Source: Oopsacas minuta (Eukaryota; Animalia; Porifera). From it: a stretch of DNA of 64,000 nucleotides. The position numbers and the translations under genes were made by a program. The first letter of the stretch is position 1, and each line of letters begins with the position of its first letter. Location: NCBI GenBank assembly GCA_024704765.1, contig JAKMXF010000310.1, positions 558,001 through 622,000 on the forward strand, in the 5' to 3' direction. The notes below the pieces were generated by a model. That model made no database searches, had not been told where the DNA came from, and saw only the letters and a list, made by a program, of their open reading frames with translations. Shown piece after piece: positions 1-13,371 of this stretch.

Positions 1-1071
1 CTTGCCAAATTTTTAACGAATTTTCAAATATCGGTAGACAATTTCGAAAACAAACACAATATTTATTCAATATGTAAGAAATTTCAATATGTGGGCTAAA
101 GCAAACCCAGTGGGCCAAAGTAGCCCCAGTTTACGGTACTTAAAATGCTTGTAGAATTGATTAGTAACATATATACCTTATGCATATGTTCTGAATGAGT
201 CTTAAGAAAAATAACTCCATTATTTGAACACAAAAGTAACAAAATAGTTACTTGCTCCCTCCGCTCGTGTCCCATAAGTTACGATAATTGTATTACATGA
301 CGAGAACGGGGGCAAGGTGGGTCATTTGACCTGAGCCTCACGCTCCAAGGAGCCAAAAATCTATATTTCATCGAATAATCATTATACTATTTGGGTAATA
401 TGTACTCATTTTCGAGAAGATAGCAAAATGGCACGGGCCTCTCCGATCCAGTCAGGGCCTGGTGGGACCACCCAGACCTGGAGGCATGTTAAGTGATTAT
501 AGAAACTGTAACAGGGGGAAGTTGAAGGTTCAAGGACAGCTCTTTTGAAACCATTAATAAGTGGGATAGAGATCGGATTTAGTGAAGTAATAGATATGCC
601 ATGATATGGAGCAGTAGTGCGAAATCTAGCAGTAGGATTAACACACAAATTGGTAATTTGTGTTTTAATCTAACCTTCACAAGAGGTACGTATATATAAT
701 AATTTCTAAATTGAAATTTCACATCTTTTATGGTGAAAAATAGATTTAGCAACTGTCGGACCTTTACAGACAAATTTTGCTTCCACAGTTCCTGTTGTCA
801 TATGATTAATTCATATCAATTTCACACCTAAAATTCAAAATCATGCTAGAGATTTCGTTTCAGTGATTAGTCGGGCTAATTTGGCATGCGATAAATATTC
901 AAATCTACACCTACAATTCATCAATGGATTAAGACCCACCCAGATAAGATCATATTTGAGGAATAAAATTGAATCCGTATTGAATGAGAGTATATCGTCT
1001 GGTACTAAATTATAAATTAATTATCAGAATAAAGAATGTTATGGACAGGTCACTGATGTGGATAAGAGTGA

Positions 1072-2019
1072 TTACTCTTTCTTTGGGTGATCCGGGAAGA
1101 AGTATCGTGCTGGAGAGAATGATAACAGAACAATATGTCTCTTGTAGCACTGTGAAGCACGGAACTTCACATCTGTACCATGCAGGTGATCTAATACTCC
1201 CATTGAGCCGAAATTTTCTGTAAAATTCAGGTGATGGAAATCGTGAGCTTCGGCAGATGGCATCAGAGGTAGGTGGTACCCACTATGAGTATTTAGAGAA
1301 TTGAAAATTGCGAGTGACAGCCAGAGCCAGAGTATAGCAGCATGTGAACCGACTACAAATGGACCTGCTACAAGAGGTAGCACGTTACCAATCAAGTGTT
1401 CGATTGGAGAACAGTATATACTATTGAATGCGATAGGAGCAGTGAACTCATGATGTTTCTTGTGTATGAGTCTGTATAGTGTGGAGGTGTGTAACAGACG
1501 ATGGATATAGTAGAATGTGAATTCGTGAATAATCATAAATCCACAGAACTCTAGCACTACTCTGAATAGAGAAGGGAGTTCTGGTCCTGTGCTCATGCCT
1601 CTCATCTTGAACAGAGGGTAAAGAACCATCAACATAAGAAGTCCTCCTAGATTGTTTATCACAATATTAGGCAGTACCTTTATGTAGGTATCTATACCAA
1701 GAGGAGGTTTCTTCTGCTGAATACGATACTGCATTAGTATTGGTATTTGTAGTATATCTATTGCCATAAATATCAGGCCCACAGACCAGAAGATTGTTGC
1801 AAAAGACACATATGCACCAACTGACAAGATCATAAAGTCATTTTCCAAACAAAACCAACGAGAAAATAACCACAGATTATTCCAGAAGTCATGAGAAGCA
1901 CCCCACACTTGCTCTACAACATTCGTAATGGAATTACGGATAGCAACAAGAGTGATCAGCATAGTACCGATAATGAAAATAGCCTTCTTGAGGCTGGAAT
2001 AAACTGGAAGTAGTTGCAT
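1072..2019 (-). CDS. FAXDC2: Fatty acid hydroxylase domain-containing protein 2 (sterol desaturase/hydroxylase family), intronless, ~315 aa
   Basis: His boxes [16 protein letters not shown] and HDFHHL. The segments [17 protein letters not shown] and [10 protein letters not shown] match FAXDC2 as I recall it. First ATG is at 2019; the ORF track starts at the GTG at 2022. Confidence 0.9.
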   Translation of the reverse strand: MQLLPVYSSLKKAIFIIGTMLITLVAIRNSITNVVEQVWGASHDFWNNLWLFSRWFCLENDFMILSVGAYVSFATIFWSVGLIFMAIDILQIPILMQYRIQQKKPPLGIDTYIKVLPNIVINNLGGLLMLMVLYPLFKMRGMSTGPELPSLFRVVLEFCGFMIIHEFTFYYIHRLLHTSTLYRLIHKKHHEFTAPIAFNSIYCSPIEHLIGNVLPLVAGPFVVGSHAAILWLWLSLAIFNSLNTHSGYHLPLMPSAEAHDFHHLNFTENFGSMGVLDHLHGTDVKFRASQCYKRHIVLLSFSPARYFFPDHPKKE

Positions 2020-3177
2020 CACAGTAATGTTATCAATAAGGATAGCTAGTAGAATAGTAGTACTTAATAATTATCCTATATGTACACATATTAGTCTAGA
2101 TATTATTCATTAGTGGTGTTTCGTAACACTAATATAATTTGTCTGAATTAACACATCATTATTAAGTCAGTACTATTAATATAGAAGCATTAGCGTAGCT
2201 AGGTTTCAAGTTCAAGGGACATGATTAGGCGCAGAAGGACATCCTGAACCTCTGTCTGGAGTAGCAAGATTGTATAGTTGTCTAGGAAATGCTGGTTACT
2301 GCCACCTACATATCTACCTAAGATTCTAGGCTTAGTACATCTTTCAATAATGACCTAGGGTGAGACCCGTGCGGACTTTATCCTAAATCATAGGCTTCGG
2401 GCCCAAACGGGCAGAAAAAGTCAAAAAGATTAATTTTACAAATTAATATACATTAATTTAATCATGAGAATTCTCAATTCTTAGAGAATATATTCAAGAA
2501 TTCAGCCAACGGTGCCATAAATAAACAAATTTCCTAAATAGTGGGCTGGCGAGAATAAATAAGCGGGCCGCAGAGTCCGAATAACGGACCACAGGCCACA
2601 GGCAACGGGCTTTACTGGTCGCACCTCAGATGATGACATGCACTCTCAATTGGTGTTGTCTGTTTATCCGTTGTCAAGGGAATGATAAGTATGGCATGCG
2701 ATTTTGATTCGAAGTTCGCAATTCAGAAACATAATAGTTTAGTTATGTAAATAATTGGTACGAGGCCCGTAATTGATAAACACGAATATATTACAACAAA
2801 TCTTCCTATCAAGAAAACAAATAAATTCAATATACACAGAGGAAATTTATCGAATATGGTGAATCCGATTATCGCACTGTATTGATAGATGGTTGAAATT
2901 TGAATCGCTGGTATCCCACAATATGCCAAATGTCCTGACGTCATCATGAAATTATCAGCTCATCATGACTGTACAAAAATTGAAAATTTTTCAAATTCGA
3001 GAATTTTTAGAATTTCTTAATACACGAGGTACGAAGCACCGAGATTACTAACCAAAAGCCACATAAGAGCTCCAGTATTAATACAGTACATCCCCAAAGA
3101 GGAAATTCTAGCTACGCCTCTGTTCCTATAAAATATTACTCCAATTAATATATAGGAAGATAAATTAAATGATAATC

Positions 3178-3507
3178 TTAAATTACTTTTCTTTTAGCCT
3201 TCTTAACATGAGAACAAATATTACAAGTTACAATAAAATATGTTCCTCTCCTTGTCTTTACTCTTGTCCTAGCTGTATAGCCTGCTATCAAATAGCAGTT
3301 ACAATTCTTGCATACTATTCGCTTGATAGACCTATCTATCTTAACCAAAGATTTCTGAGCACAGCTCTTAGCTTCTCTCACATACAGGCTAGATAGAGGG
3401 AGGAGACTAGGAGGACAATTTCTGTTTATAAGCATTCCTGCTTGTAAGAGGAAGTTAATACGAGATATTAGGTCTCTCTTAGGAATATTATCTGTCTTGC
3501 TGGACAT
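3178..3507 (-). CDS. RPP21: RNase P protein subunit p21 (Rpr2/Rpp21 family)
   Basis: RINFLLQA N-terminal motif, IKRIVCKNC and IVTCNIC zinc-ribbon CxxC pairs, basic C-terminus; 109 aa. Confidence 0.88.
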   Translation of the reverse strand: MSSKTDNIPKRDLISRINFLLQAGMLINRNCPPSLLPLSSLYVREAKSCAQKSLVKIDRSIKRIVCKNCNCYLIAGYTARTRVKTRRGTYFIVTCNICSHVKKAKRKVI

Positions 3508-4676
3508 TAGTTTATGTAATATTATAACTTTTAATCTTAGTCAGGTCATAGAAGAAATGCTAAAACAATAGAATAGTTATCCAATAAATTAATACCTACA
3601 ATCAGAATGCTGCAAGGAAATTAGTACATACAGTAGAACTCGGATAAGGTACACTCGGTTAGTACGTACTTTTCTCCAAAACGGATTATTAATTCTTGTA
3701 CTAATTCATGGACTTCTAAACTACATGGGACATGCAGCTATTATTCAATTCAGGCTGACTCTATACCAAGTTAGGGAATCAAATTCGTACAAAACATGAA
3801 TTATTGAGATACATTAGAATTGGGGAATCCAGATGTTTTAAAGGTAAGTGAAATTAGCTGGAAATCTATATTATTAAATTGCAAATGTTGTCTGTGTATT
3901 TGTTTGTTCGTTGTCAAGGAAAGGAGTTTCTCAATTCGGAGATGTCGCCTATATGATTAGGTTATTACCAATAAAATAAACAGAATTGAATTAAATGTAT
4001 CGAATATTCTGATTCCGATATTCACATTCTTGAATGGATCATTGGTAAATATATTGTTTTTATGAATATAAAGTAAACAAATAATTGAAATCTTAAAATA
4101 TACGTAGAGACTTGCTCTTAACGGCTACAATGGGGTGAAGAAGCAAGCTGAATCCGAATCTGCATTTCAAGTTTCCCATATGGATTGATTGTTGTTTTAT
4201 GAATATAGAGTATATAAATATTTAAATATAAATTTATTAATTTGATACTTTGCTAAATTCGAGTTTCGAAGTGCCGAGTCCCATGCGAACACAAAGTGTT
4301 TGCATGCCACGCAGGGCGAGCAAGCGAAGCGGCTTGCATTTGACTAAATCTCAAACATCTTGGGGAAAGTGGTGCCCGGATTTTGGATGGAGGTCCGGGA
4401 TTTCAGAGGTTGGACTTTAATTAATAAGTAGTATTATCAGAATATTATCAATAAATCGATACAATACAACACATAATCTCTAATCATAAAATACTAAATT
4501 TAAAGACATATATTATATCTAAAAGAGATTTGGGTATGTGTATTCCATCTGATGTACAATTATTTGGCATATTTAATCAATACTTTATTATTTTGGCAAT
4601 TTAGTCAAATAATCTTTCAAAATACACTCAAAGATGATCAGGTCGCCGAGATGAAGAATATATCCTCCCTCATGAG

Positions 4677-5290
4677 TCATGATTGAGCATTAAACAACAA
4701 GTCTGTATTGTAGAACTTGGAACTACAGATACACAGAGAAGTTCTCTTGTAAGCATAATAAAATAGAACAGCTATAGATCTATGTAGCACGTATAACACT
4801 TGTATTAATGAACTCCAGCTGTTCTTATACCCGTCAGGACGGTTCAAAGTATGTGAGAGGAACACTGCCTGAAATATCAGTGATAAAATAGCATAGAGAG
4901 CTGTGATTAAGAGGGTTAACCAGAATCTTCTAATTAGAGGCAGTAAGAAACCAGCTTTGAAATAACTAGTATTTATAAAGGAGACAAAGAATAGAGCAAT
5001 AGATAGGAGTAATGCTATGTCCTGTAGAACTGCGAATAGTAACAAGATTATCTTGTTTTGTAAGAGAAGGATGATGATAGAGTTTACAAGCAGGTCGAAA
5101 AATAGAAGAAAATGCTGCACGAGTATCAACATACTAACTATAATATGGTGAATAAACAAACAAACAAATAAGAAAAGGAAATTGCATAAAACAATATATT
5201 TTTCCAATAAGTTACTGTATTTTTGTCTGATTGAATTTAATGTTTTATTTTCAGCGAAAAATGACTGTACCTGCCTATGGAGTCAACCAT
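4677..5290 (-). CDS. TMEM138: Transmembrane protein 138 (ciliary); predicted exons 5271-5290 and 4677-5133
   Basis: DLLVNS, LQDIA, FxNTxxFKAG and HRSIAVLFYYAYKRT match TMEM138. A 20-nt first exon (ATG 5290, AG|GTACAG donor) joined to the TTAG acceptor at 5134 gives a 158-aa protein of the expected register. Exon 1 is inferred. Confidence 0.85.
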
Positions 5291-5407
5291 TTTAAAACTG
5301 AGCCATTATACTTTATCGGCCCCCTGTTAAAATTGATAACAACAACTTTATTAATGATAATGATACAAACAAGTGTAACAACTAATATGAATATAATTTG
5401 CAAAAAT

Positions 5408-6070
5408 TTATAACAAAATATAGTATCTAATTGAGAAATACCAAATACCACATAGAACAAAGTTATCCTCAGTTTCATGTTCTATCCTCCCTATGGTATG
5501 GATTAGTTCTCCTGAGGGAGAGAATATCTTGATATCGTGATCAGTATAATCGCTAATGAGAATATTCCCTGATCGATCCAAACAGAAGTACCATGGATTA
5601 CAAACTATTCCCTTAGAAATATAAGAGTTTATCAGGTGTCCACTTCTCGAGAAGAAGTGGCTGTGTGGAGTTACTTTTACATCTACAGGAAACCTTAGTT
5701 GTTGAGCACCCAAACAATTTACGAATTTGAGTTCTCCTGAGTAAATACAAACTCTTTTATTACTACAATCAGCTAAATACACGTCTCCGTTATAGTCTGT
5801 ACAGAGTCCTCGTGGACATCTTAGCTCTCCCTCTCCTGATCCTATAGTAGCAGTCCTCGCTAGCTTGAAATCACTGAATTGGAACAAGGCATGTAAAGAA
5901 ATGTCCGAAACGAAGACGTGATCTTCTGTTACTGCAATGCCCCATGGCTTCTTGAGTATGTCTTGCCTCCCATTCTTACCTACAACTATGACAGGCTGCT
6001 TCTTGGTAGAGTAGTCCAGTTCCCATTCTTTCCCCTCAGCAGACCTACGAGTAGCTTCAGCATTCTTTGA
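5408..6070 (-). pseudogene. 5'-truncated NHL-repeat (TRIM2/3/71-like beta-propeller) gene fragment
   Basis: Open frame KPWGIAVTEDHVFVSD..RCPRGLCTDYNGDVYLADCSNKRVCIY..FCLDRSGNILISD. No ATG after the upstream stop at 6071-6073. One blade looks internally deleted (VKVTPHS-HFFSRSG). Confidence 0.7.
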
Positions 6071-6683
6071 TTAATTTTCCCATCTGTATATCTGATTGGG
6101 TTTAGTTTGTTAGAATATATTATTTAACTAACAGAGAGTACAGACGCTTGGTTATTATGTGATTAGTGTGAAAGATGATATTTCTAGCAACATTTCTGGG
6201 AGATTACACATCCAGTAGAACCTCCAATTTGATGAATCTAACACATAAACCACTAAAAATGTGTGAAATTATTCACTCTACAAAATTTTAAACTAAGCTG
6301 CACGACTACACCCAAAATGTACTCGTGTCCATGTGCTAATTTTCATTTCAATCGGACCCAGGACTGGATTAAGACTATGTGGGGCCCTATTCCCCTTAGA
6401 CTAAATACACATGTCAGCGCATCATTGGGATCTGAAATCATGATCATTGCCAAACACACCGACCATACCATCTTTACAGGGCAGATAAAGAATATTATTT
6501 AGATTCTAAATAAGTGATGATGTAAATACGTATTCCATCTCAAAAAGATTTTAGTGTCAGTAATTATACGAGCGTGAAGTGATGAGCACAACTTAATTAC
6601 CCACTTAATAACTATTTTACCAACTATTCATCTGAAATTTGTTGAGTACCTCAATCTTGGTAGGATTTTACCCAATTTCAATC

Positions 6684-6871
6684 ATTAGTGTCGATCACAC
6701 CTAATCATACCACAATGACATTGCAAATTTTGTAATACAAAATTTCGAGTGAATTGAGTGAAAATTGAGTGAATTATTAAGTATTAAACTGTGCTCGAAA
6801 TCCCCTAAGAGGATTTTGTATTACAAATTTGTACTGTCATTGTGGCATGAAGAGGTGTGATAGACACTAAT
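6684..6871. mobile_element. Palindromic MITE-like element
   Basis: Long imperfect inverted arms: attagtgtc..cacacc..ccacaatgaca..tgtaatacaaaat and its reverse complement. Confidence 0.55.
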
Positions 6872-8167
6872 TATCATTATTTTTATTATTATTATATAAT
6901 ACTCGCTGAGACAGCGAGCTGCAAACTTCACACTCGTGTGTATTATTAGGTTTCAAAATATCCATTATTCAGGAGTGCCAAATAAGTGGTCTTTCTCTTT
7001 CATAAAGTTACATTATGGACTACATTTTTCCAATTTAAACCTTCGAAAACAACCTAATAGTTTCGAAACTAAACTATAAGGTTGTTTTCGAAGGTTTAAA
7101 TTCTGCCTCAGAATACCGATATTGGCCCAATATAAATATAAATATCCTTGCTTGACACGAAGTTGACTTTATCTGCAAAAAGATAAAGCTTCATTTGAAT
7201 ATTTGTAGGAAAATTAGCAATGTGCGCGGAGCCCTAGGTCATAGCCTACTTGGCCTATGCCACAATCCACCCGTGATCGGACGTCGTCGTACATCGTCTA
7301 TGCCAATTGGACATCTCCCTATAGGAACTGCACTAAAAACTTTTAATAATAGCTATAATGTATTTCCTAATATCATGAGTTATCAGTAATTCGAATCAAC
7401 TGCAATGCATTAATCAATCCATCGTCCAGAAAATTATTATAGTTTCCAGTTCTCATATTACGTAGTTCACGGCTGAATCTGAATTTGCCAGATAATAATT
7501 TCAAAAATCTATTTTATACAGTCAAATTGGGTTTTTTAGCCCCCAAAATACACGAAAAAAGAAGCAAAAATGTTTAAAATACTAAACCACATTATGCTTC
7601 GAGGTGAAATTCTTAATCTTTAGGTTCATTGAATTGGTCTATTTAGTACAGAGACAACAAAAATCAATACCGTATGTTAAAAAGTATAATAACTGAACAA
7701 TTAGCAATATTTAATCATTTTGACCAATGAAAATTCCACTCTAAATCGGGAATTTTTATCTCTTGCAACACGAATGAGGGAAAAAAACAGAGGCAAAATA
7801 ACCTGAAAGAAAATGCATTAAAACTGTATATATTAATGATCAAGTTACACAAAACCAATAAGTTTTGTATTTAAACGGTGTTAAGGAGGATTGTAAGGAT
7901 GAAAAAAATGCGATTTCCGCTGTATTTAGCATAATTCAAGTGCAGAACCCCATGCGAACACAAAGTGTTCGTACCCACGCAGCGAGAACAAGTGAAGCTA
8001 GGTCATAAATATTAATAAATAATTCAAAATATATAAATACAGTGGAACTTGCTTAACGGCCTGTCGGTCACCTCTATATTGCGGCCACCTGTAGAGTATA
8101 TAACGGCTACACATTTGGCCAGTCCCTTCGGTGGCCGTTAGAGACAAGTTTGTCTGTATATTAATAT

Positions 8168-8845
8168 TTATTTTTCAAATTGAACACTAGGTACTACGAT
8201 ACACCCAACTTGTCTCATATCAGCGATAGCTTTTTCAACAGGTGACATTTTGTCGCCTCCCTCCTTAACACACTCTACACAATTCTTAGTATAAATTCTA
8301 TCTATATACTTCCTCATGCAGGACAAGCAGCGCTTCTTGTAGTTATCATCTCTAGCTCCACACAGTTCCATAGATACTATTACACGTAGCCTATCAGAAT
8401 ACTTATTGTACACAGAACAACTGCTAACACGTATACAACTAGTCAGTGTACAGCCTCCTATCAGTATACTGTCTACTTCAGGATGAGCTTGTAGCAGGTA
8501 ATCTATGTGGCTCTCAAACCCATCGGCATCTAGAATACAATTTCCAGGCTTAAGAACAAGTTTATGCTCCTTGGTTATGTAACGAGTAACTTGTGGATCT
8601 AGTGAGAAATCATTGCTTAACAAGAATGGACATAGTGAAAAGATAAGTAGTGAAGATGGTGGGGTATCCCTTAGCAACAAAGAGCAGCGTTGGAATGCTT
8701 GAATAATTGCATTAACTCCATCTGGAGGAACAACGTGCTGTCTCCAGCTGCCTACAGTGAATGCCTGCTGTGTATCAATAAGCAATATGATAGTCTTGCC
8801 ATAACTCAGATGTAATATATCTGTGTCTGATGTAACAGTAGCCAT
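8168..8845 (-). CDS. Isochorismatase-like cysteine hydrolase, intronless, ~225 aa
   Basis: IILLIDTQQAF (catalytic Asp strand), VLKPG (Lys) and ILIGGCTLTSCIR (nucleophile Cys), ending in helix EKAIADMRQVGCIVV. ATG at 8845. Confidence 0.75.
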   Translation of the reverse strand: MATVTSDTDILHLSYGKTIILLIDTQQAFTVGSWRQHVVPPDGVNAIIQAFQRCSLLLRDTPPSSLLIFSLCPFLLSNDFSLDPQVTRYITKEHKLVLKPGNCILDADGFESHIDYLLQAHPEVDSILIGGCTLTSCIRVSSCSVYNKYSDRLRVIVSMELCGARDDNYKKRCLSCMRKYIDRIYTKNCVECVKEGGDKMSPVEKAIADMRQVGCIVVPSVQFEK

Positions 8846-9220
8846 TAGATTGACTAGTTTCCATTTTAATTTACAATATAAATACAGATGGCTAAATGTA
8901 CCTGGAAACATAGTTGGAATCAGGTCCACTTTTCAGAACCCAACCCGAACCCTTAGTGTAAAATGTGTAGGAATGAAAATTTGTTCTTGCAATATTATGG
9001 GTTAATAATATTTATCCTGTAAATCATTGGTTTTCAACCTTATTTCTCCCGCGGACCTCTTTAGTCCATTTTATGGGGCGAGAACCACTGCCGTAAATGT
9101 CCTTTTGAGGCCATTTCATTAAAGTTCTATATGATGTTTCTAATGTAAATATAATCTTCAAAATATAGAATTATTCATTGAATTTAAAAAATTACGTAGA
9201 GTTCGAACTGATCAACTTCA

Positions 9221-9297
9221 AACTCGAACCCGAACCGAACCCGAATCTAAATCCGAATCTGAACCCGACCCGACCCGAGAAACCCGAACCCGATTCC
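9221..9297. repeat. Degenerate (CCGAAC)n short tandem repeat
   Basis: aaactcgaacccgaaccgaacccgaatctaaatccgaatctgaacccgacccgacccg read directly. Confidence 0.8.
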
Positions 9298-9720
9298 AAC
9301 TCTGCCTGGTAGCATGGGGTGAAATTGGCCCTAAGAGTTGCTTTGTCCCATTTAGAATTTTTAGTGAAATATAGCAAATAGTTTGAAATATTGCGGTTTA
9401 ATACCTTTGGATAAAATCAAAGATATCTTTTCGACATGTATCAATATGATCACTTTGATTCATAAGTTGTTAACACCTTATGAATCCTTGTTTCATTCAT
9501 TTAAGTTTTAGAGTCTATATCAACCAAATTATTATATTTAGAACATCTTTGGTATTTTCGAGGAAGGACATCAATATGCGCATTCTTCAGTCGTTTATTT
9601 TCCATAGTATTCCATAATAAACTAATGGAATATTTATTCAAACAACAAACAAGTGGATATTGTTAGATTTGTATTTATGTACACATAAATACAAATCTAA
9701 CAATATATTGTCAATTATCA

Positions 9721-10200
9721 ATTTTTTCTACGATGAGACGAATATAACTGACGACCCTGATACATAGAAAGTAATATGCAAAGGGGCTGTAAATATCCAC
9801 AACGGATATTAAATACATCTAGTACTGTGGAAATTCTATGGAAGTATTACTCCCCTTACGTGGTTTACAAAGCATAACACATATGGAGCACCTGGACGGA
9901 GGGAAGGGCTTCTGGCACTAGATACAATAGAAGCAAGTCTGGATGTTTGATAGTGTTATATTTGACGATTTGTTTTTCCAACTAGCTTTACCAAAACTCA
10001 AACGCCAGGAAGGGAAAAAGGTCATATTAGGAGGTAATTATCATCACATATGAGGTTGGAAGTAATAAATTCCGGCAAACAAAACTAAATAACTTTTGCT
10101 TGTCTCCTACCCAACTCAACACATCTTACACAGCCATTGGATATAGCTTCTACAAACCCCGAAAGCTAAATTGGAGGAAAGTTCTAAAAGGATGGAAAGT
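9721..10200 (+). mobile_element. Decayed pogo/Tigger-like (DDE_1) transposase
   Basis: Across frameshifts it reads FYDETNITDDP, GCKYPQRILN, GTRYNRSKSG, DSVIFDDLFFQLALPKLKRQEGKKVILG, PNSTHLTQPLDIA and NWRKVL, the typical pogo-family DDE motifs. Confidence 0.8.
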
Positions 10201-10781
10201 GAATACATGTACACAATGTTGAGTGATGTCAAAGGATCAATTTCATATTAAAATATATTATCAGGGTATGAGAAGTTGGGTATGTATTATAAATTGGCTA
10301 TCTGGAATTAATAATTGTATTTTCCAGTCCTTATATTACGTAGTTTACGATTAACTCTATCAATAAAGCCTCGATCCCTTCTAGATGCTGTATCCAAAAT
10401 AATCCCATGACTTATTAAAGCCATAGATTATAAATACGAGAGGTAGCCTGTAGGGAGGCCTGGGTTTCCCGATCCAGGTGATATTAGGCAATTTGGGAGG
10501 CCAAACGGACCAAATTTTTGATATCTTCAGACAGTGGAAACATTTTGATATCCATAGAACATGCGAAGGCCCCCAAATAAATGATAGAAATATTTTTGAG
10601 CAGCCTATGACCACAATCTGTCCATTATCCCTAAAAATAAATTAGAATACATTCTTTCTGATAAGTAATAAGAATTGAATAAGATCAGTAAATAATAGTA
10701 AGCAATATAATGCAAGAGAATAGATAAAATAAGTAAAGTTTGATGAAGTGTACACGTTGAATATATTCAAGTTATAAATGC

Positions 10782-11123
10782 TTATATAGCAACACCGAAT
10801 ATAGTGACGATAACATGCATTGTCTTATTCTCCCAGCGTATGGTGCAACTACCGTCAGTTGAGTTATCCCAGTAGCAGTTAGATGCTGTATGTAGACCGG
10901 CTCCATTCTTCTGCATTACTACACCTGTAACTATATATTTGAATGGCTTACCGAGCTTAGTTAGCTGAGCTAGACACTGCTCCATTATGGAGGATGTCCA
11001 CTGGTTAACACGGTTGTGTACGTAACTGCTCTGTCCTATTACACCGTCTACTGTCTCCTTTATTATCTGTGTTACCTCGTCAGCGACAAATACGCTTTCT
11101 TCAGATTGTTGGTAGTCATCCAT
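10782..11123 (-). CDS. DYNLT1: Dynein light chain Tctex-type 1, intronless
   Basis: [64 protein letters not shown] is near-canonical; 113 aa. Confidence 0.97.
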   Translation of the reverse strand: MDDYQQSEESVFVADEVTQIIKETVDGVIGQSSYVHNRVNQWTSSIMEQCLAQLTKLGKPFKYIVTGVVMQKNGAGLHTASNCYWDNSTDGSCTIRWENKTMHVIVTIFGVAI

Positions 11124-11931
11124 GGTTATTCTATTGATATATAATCACACTGATAAATTCGATGCTAAATATACACCACAGGTAAACAATACAGATCTAA
11201 TATATTTGGTTACTTGGTATTAGCTTAATAGATTGAAATGTCCTTACCAACGCTTACCAGATGTGTCCTTATTAATTAAGCTGATTATACCTAACATTGC
11301 CTCATCTATATGGAATAGGAGCATAATATTACTGAGGCTTATAGACGCCAGTCACGCCATAAATAACTAATATATTCCTGGAAATAATGTTTACATGTAT
11401 TTGGTATTAACACAGAGACTATGGAAAGAGATTGGTAAGGCCATTTGGGTAGATTCAGGATTAGCAAGACTTTTCGGATAACTTATATTATCCAGACCCC
11501 TCGTGCTCAAATCTAACGAGTCTCACGATATGCTCTAGCATACTAAAATGTATTTATTGAATCAGAGGGAAATTCGCTTTCCCTCTGAATCAATAAATAA
11601 GGACAACACACTCTAGATAAAATCGTGAGGAATCTTAAGAATATCACGATTACTGAATCTCACATGTTGAGAACCCTGCATTATATATCATTAATAGAAT
11701 ATAATAACTTACTCTACTCTAACGACAGAAGGTACCCATTCAAACGATATCACTTTATATGCCATGCCTCGAGGGGTATGGCCACATATCACCTCTACGG
11801 CCCTAGTGGAGCATACCTATGTAACACGCATTCGATTTGTATAATTTGACTGAATATATACATCTGGAAATGAATATATTCAAAAGAGATATACAATATA
11901 TTAATAACATTGTATAAGAGCTAAGAGACAG

Positions 11932-13371
11932 CTAAGTCATTTCAGGTTTACTTAAATGTGAGAAGAATGTGCGTATTTGTGGATGTCTGCTCTTGGATAG
12001 AATCTTCCTGATAGCAGTATACTCTGTGTTCTCTACGTAGCCGGTGTCCTTATAGATATATATCTGGTTATCAGCACAGGAAGCAAACCCCAGAGGACAA
12101 AGGTCACAAATACCGTTCACCTGTTGTGAGTGTAGTAGTATCTCCCCTATCAATAGGAGGTAGTGATTAGAAGTGAGACATTGTACTAGAGGCCTGACAG
12201 AGGTGAGGGAGGGAGGAGCAGTATTCTTCTCCGATCCAACCCAGATCCGTACGGATCCATCCTCAGCTCCTGATACTAGTACTGTATCCTCAGAGATGAG
12301 AGCAAGACAAGTTACATTAGATTTGTGGGCGGGGCGTACTGATAGGATAGGTTCCTCCTTTGTAACCATAGTATCATAAACCTTAATGGCACGTCCTACT
12401 CCAGTTATTACGTATCTCTGCTGTAGTACCACCATACAGAGTACTGTGTAGGGGAAAGATCGTGAAATTAGTTTGCGTTCAGTGTTAGCTCGTCCTTCTA
12501 CTGCTATAGATATTACTTCATGTGATTCTATACAATAGTCACGGAGGTAATTGAATACTATAATAGGCAAGAGATCTAGGCTCCATAGGATAACAGATCC
12601 GTCATCTGAACCAGTAGCAAACACAGTCTTACTCACTTCTACCAGCTGTGTGACGTTCTCACGGAGATGTTTAGCTTTATACATCTCCCATTCTGGAGGA
12701 GGGAGTATGTTGTCAAGCTGTAGCTTTTCCAGAGAGTAAGCTTCAATGAATGGGTGTGATGACGCGCAAATTAATCTACACATTCCCGGGGAGTTTAACA
12801 CTAACATGTGATGGAGATAGGAGCTCTCTAGAGGTCTGGATACCTCCTTCAGTTGGTGACCATTTCTCTCCCAAATGTTTATATTAGTCCCGCCCGCACA
12901 GAGTACCCCATCTGCTCCCTGCTCGATGATACAGAGACTCCTCACGGAGCCGGAGTGTCCGGTAAAGTCCTGGAGGTGTTCTATCCTATCAGGTGCCACC
13001 TGCCAGAGACTGATGACCTGTGGAGATGCAGTTAAGAGAAACGAGTCGTTAGAGTTAGTGTGCCAGTATGCGGGCTGATAGAGAAAAGACACACCCAGGT
13101 GATGAGTCTCAGTGCTACAAATACGTTTACAGGTCTCTGTATCCCACAGCGTTAGTACACCGTCATCCCCACAAGATACTAGCATGTCCCTTACTAGACA
13201 TATGTAGCGTATTGTGTTTCTATGTCCCTCTAGAGAGAATACTTCTGTGAAGGGACTCTGTACATCAGATGAGGATGGGTTAGGGGGAGGATCTGGATAC
13301 TCACCAATCTTCTCCCCACCTGTGTGTGAGAAGAAGAAATTAAATAAGTTGCTACGTAACTTGAATGCCAT
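11932..13371 (-). CDS. WDR41: WD repeat-containing protein 41 (C9orf72-SMCR8 complex partner), intronless, ~479 aa
   Basis: QSPFTEVFSLEGH, SCGDDG, GVGRAIKVY, AHKSNV..GAEDGSVRIW and LIGEILLHS align in order with WDR41 as I recall it. First ATG at 13371. Confidence 0.8.
   Translation of the reverse strand: MAFKLRSNLFNFFFSHTGGEKIGEYPDPPPNPSSSDVQSPFTEVFSLEGHRNTIRYICLVRDMLVSCGDDGVLTLWDTETCKRICSTETHHLGVSFLYQPAYWHTNSNDSFLLTASPQVISLWQVAPDRIEHLQDFTGHSGSVRSLCIIEQGADGVLCAGGTNINIWERNGHQLKEVSRPLESSYLHHMLVLNSPGMCRLICASSHPFIEAYSLEKLQLDNILPPPEWEMYKAKHLRENVTQLVEVSKTVFATGSDDGSVILWSLDLLPIIVFNYLRDYCIESHEVISIAVEGRANTERKLISRSFPYTVLCMVVLQQRYVITGVGRAIKVYDTMVTKEEPILSVRPAHKSNVTCLALISEDTVLVSGAEDGSVRIWVGSEKNTAPPSLTSVRPLVQCLTSNHYLLLIGEILLHSQQVNGICDLCPLGFASCADNQIYIYKDTGYVENTEYTAIRKILSKSRHPQIRTFFSHLSKPEMT

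Noticed and set aside
406-773. Short minus-strand ORFs at the window start
   Set aside because: No recognisable motifs or supporting splice structure.
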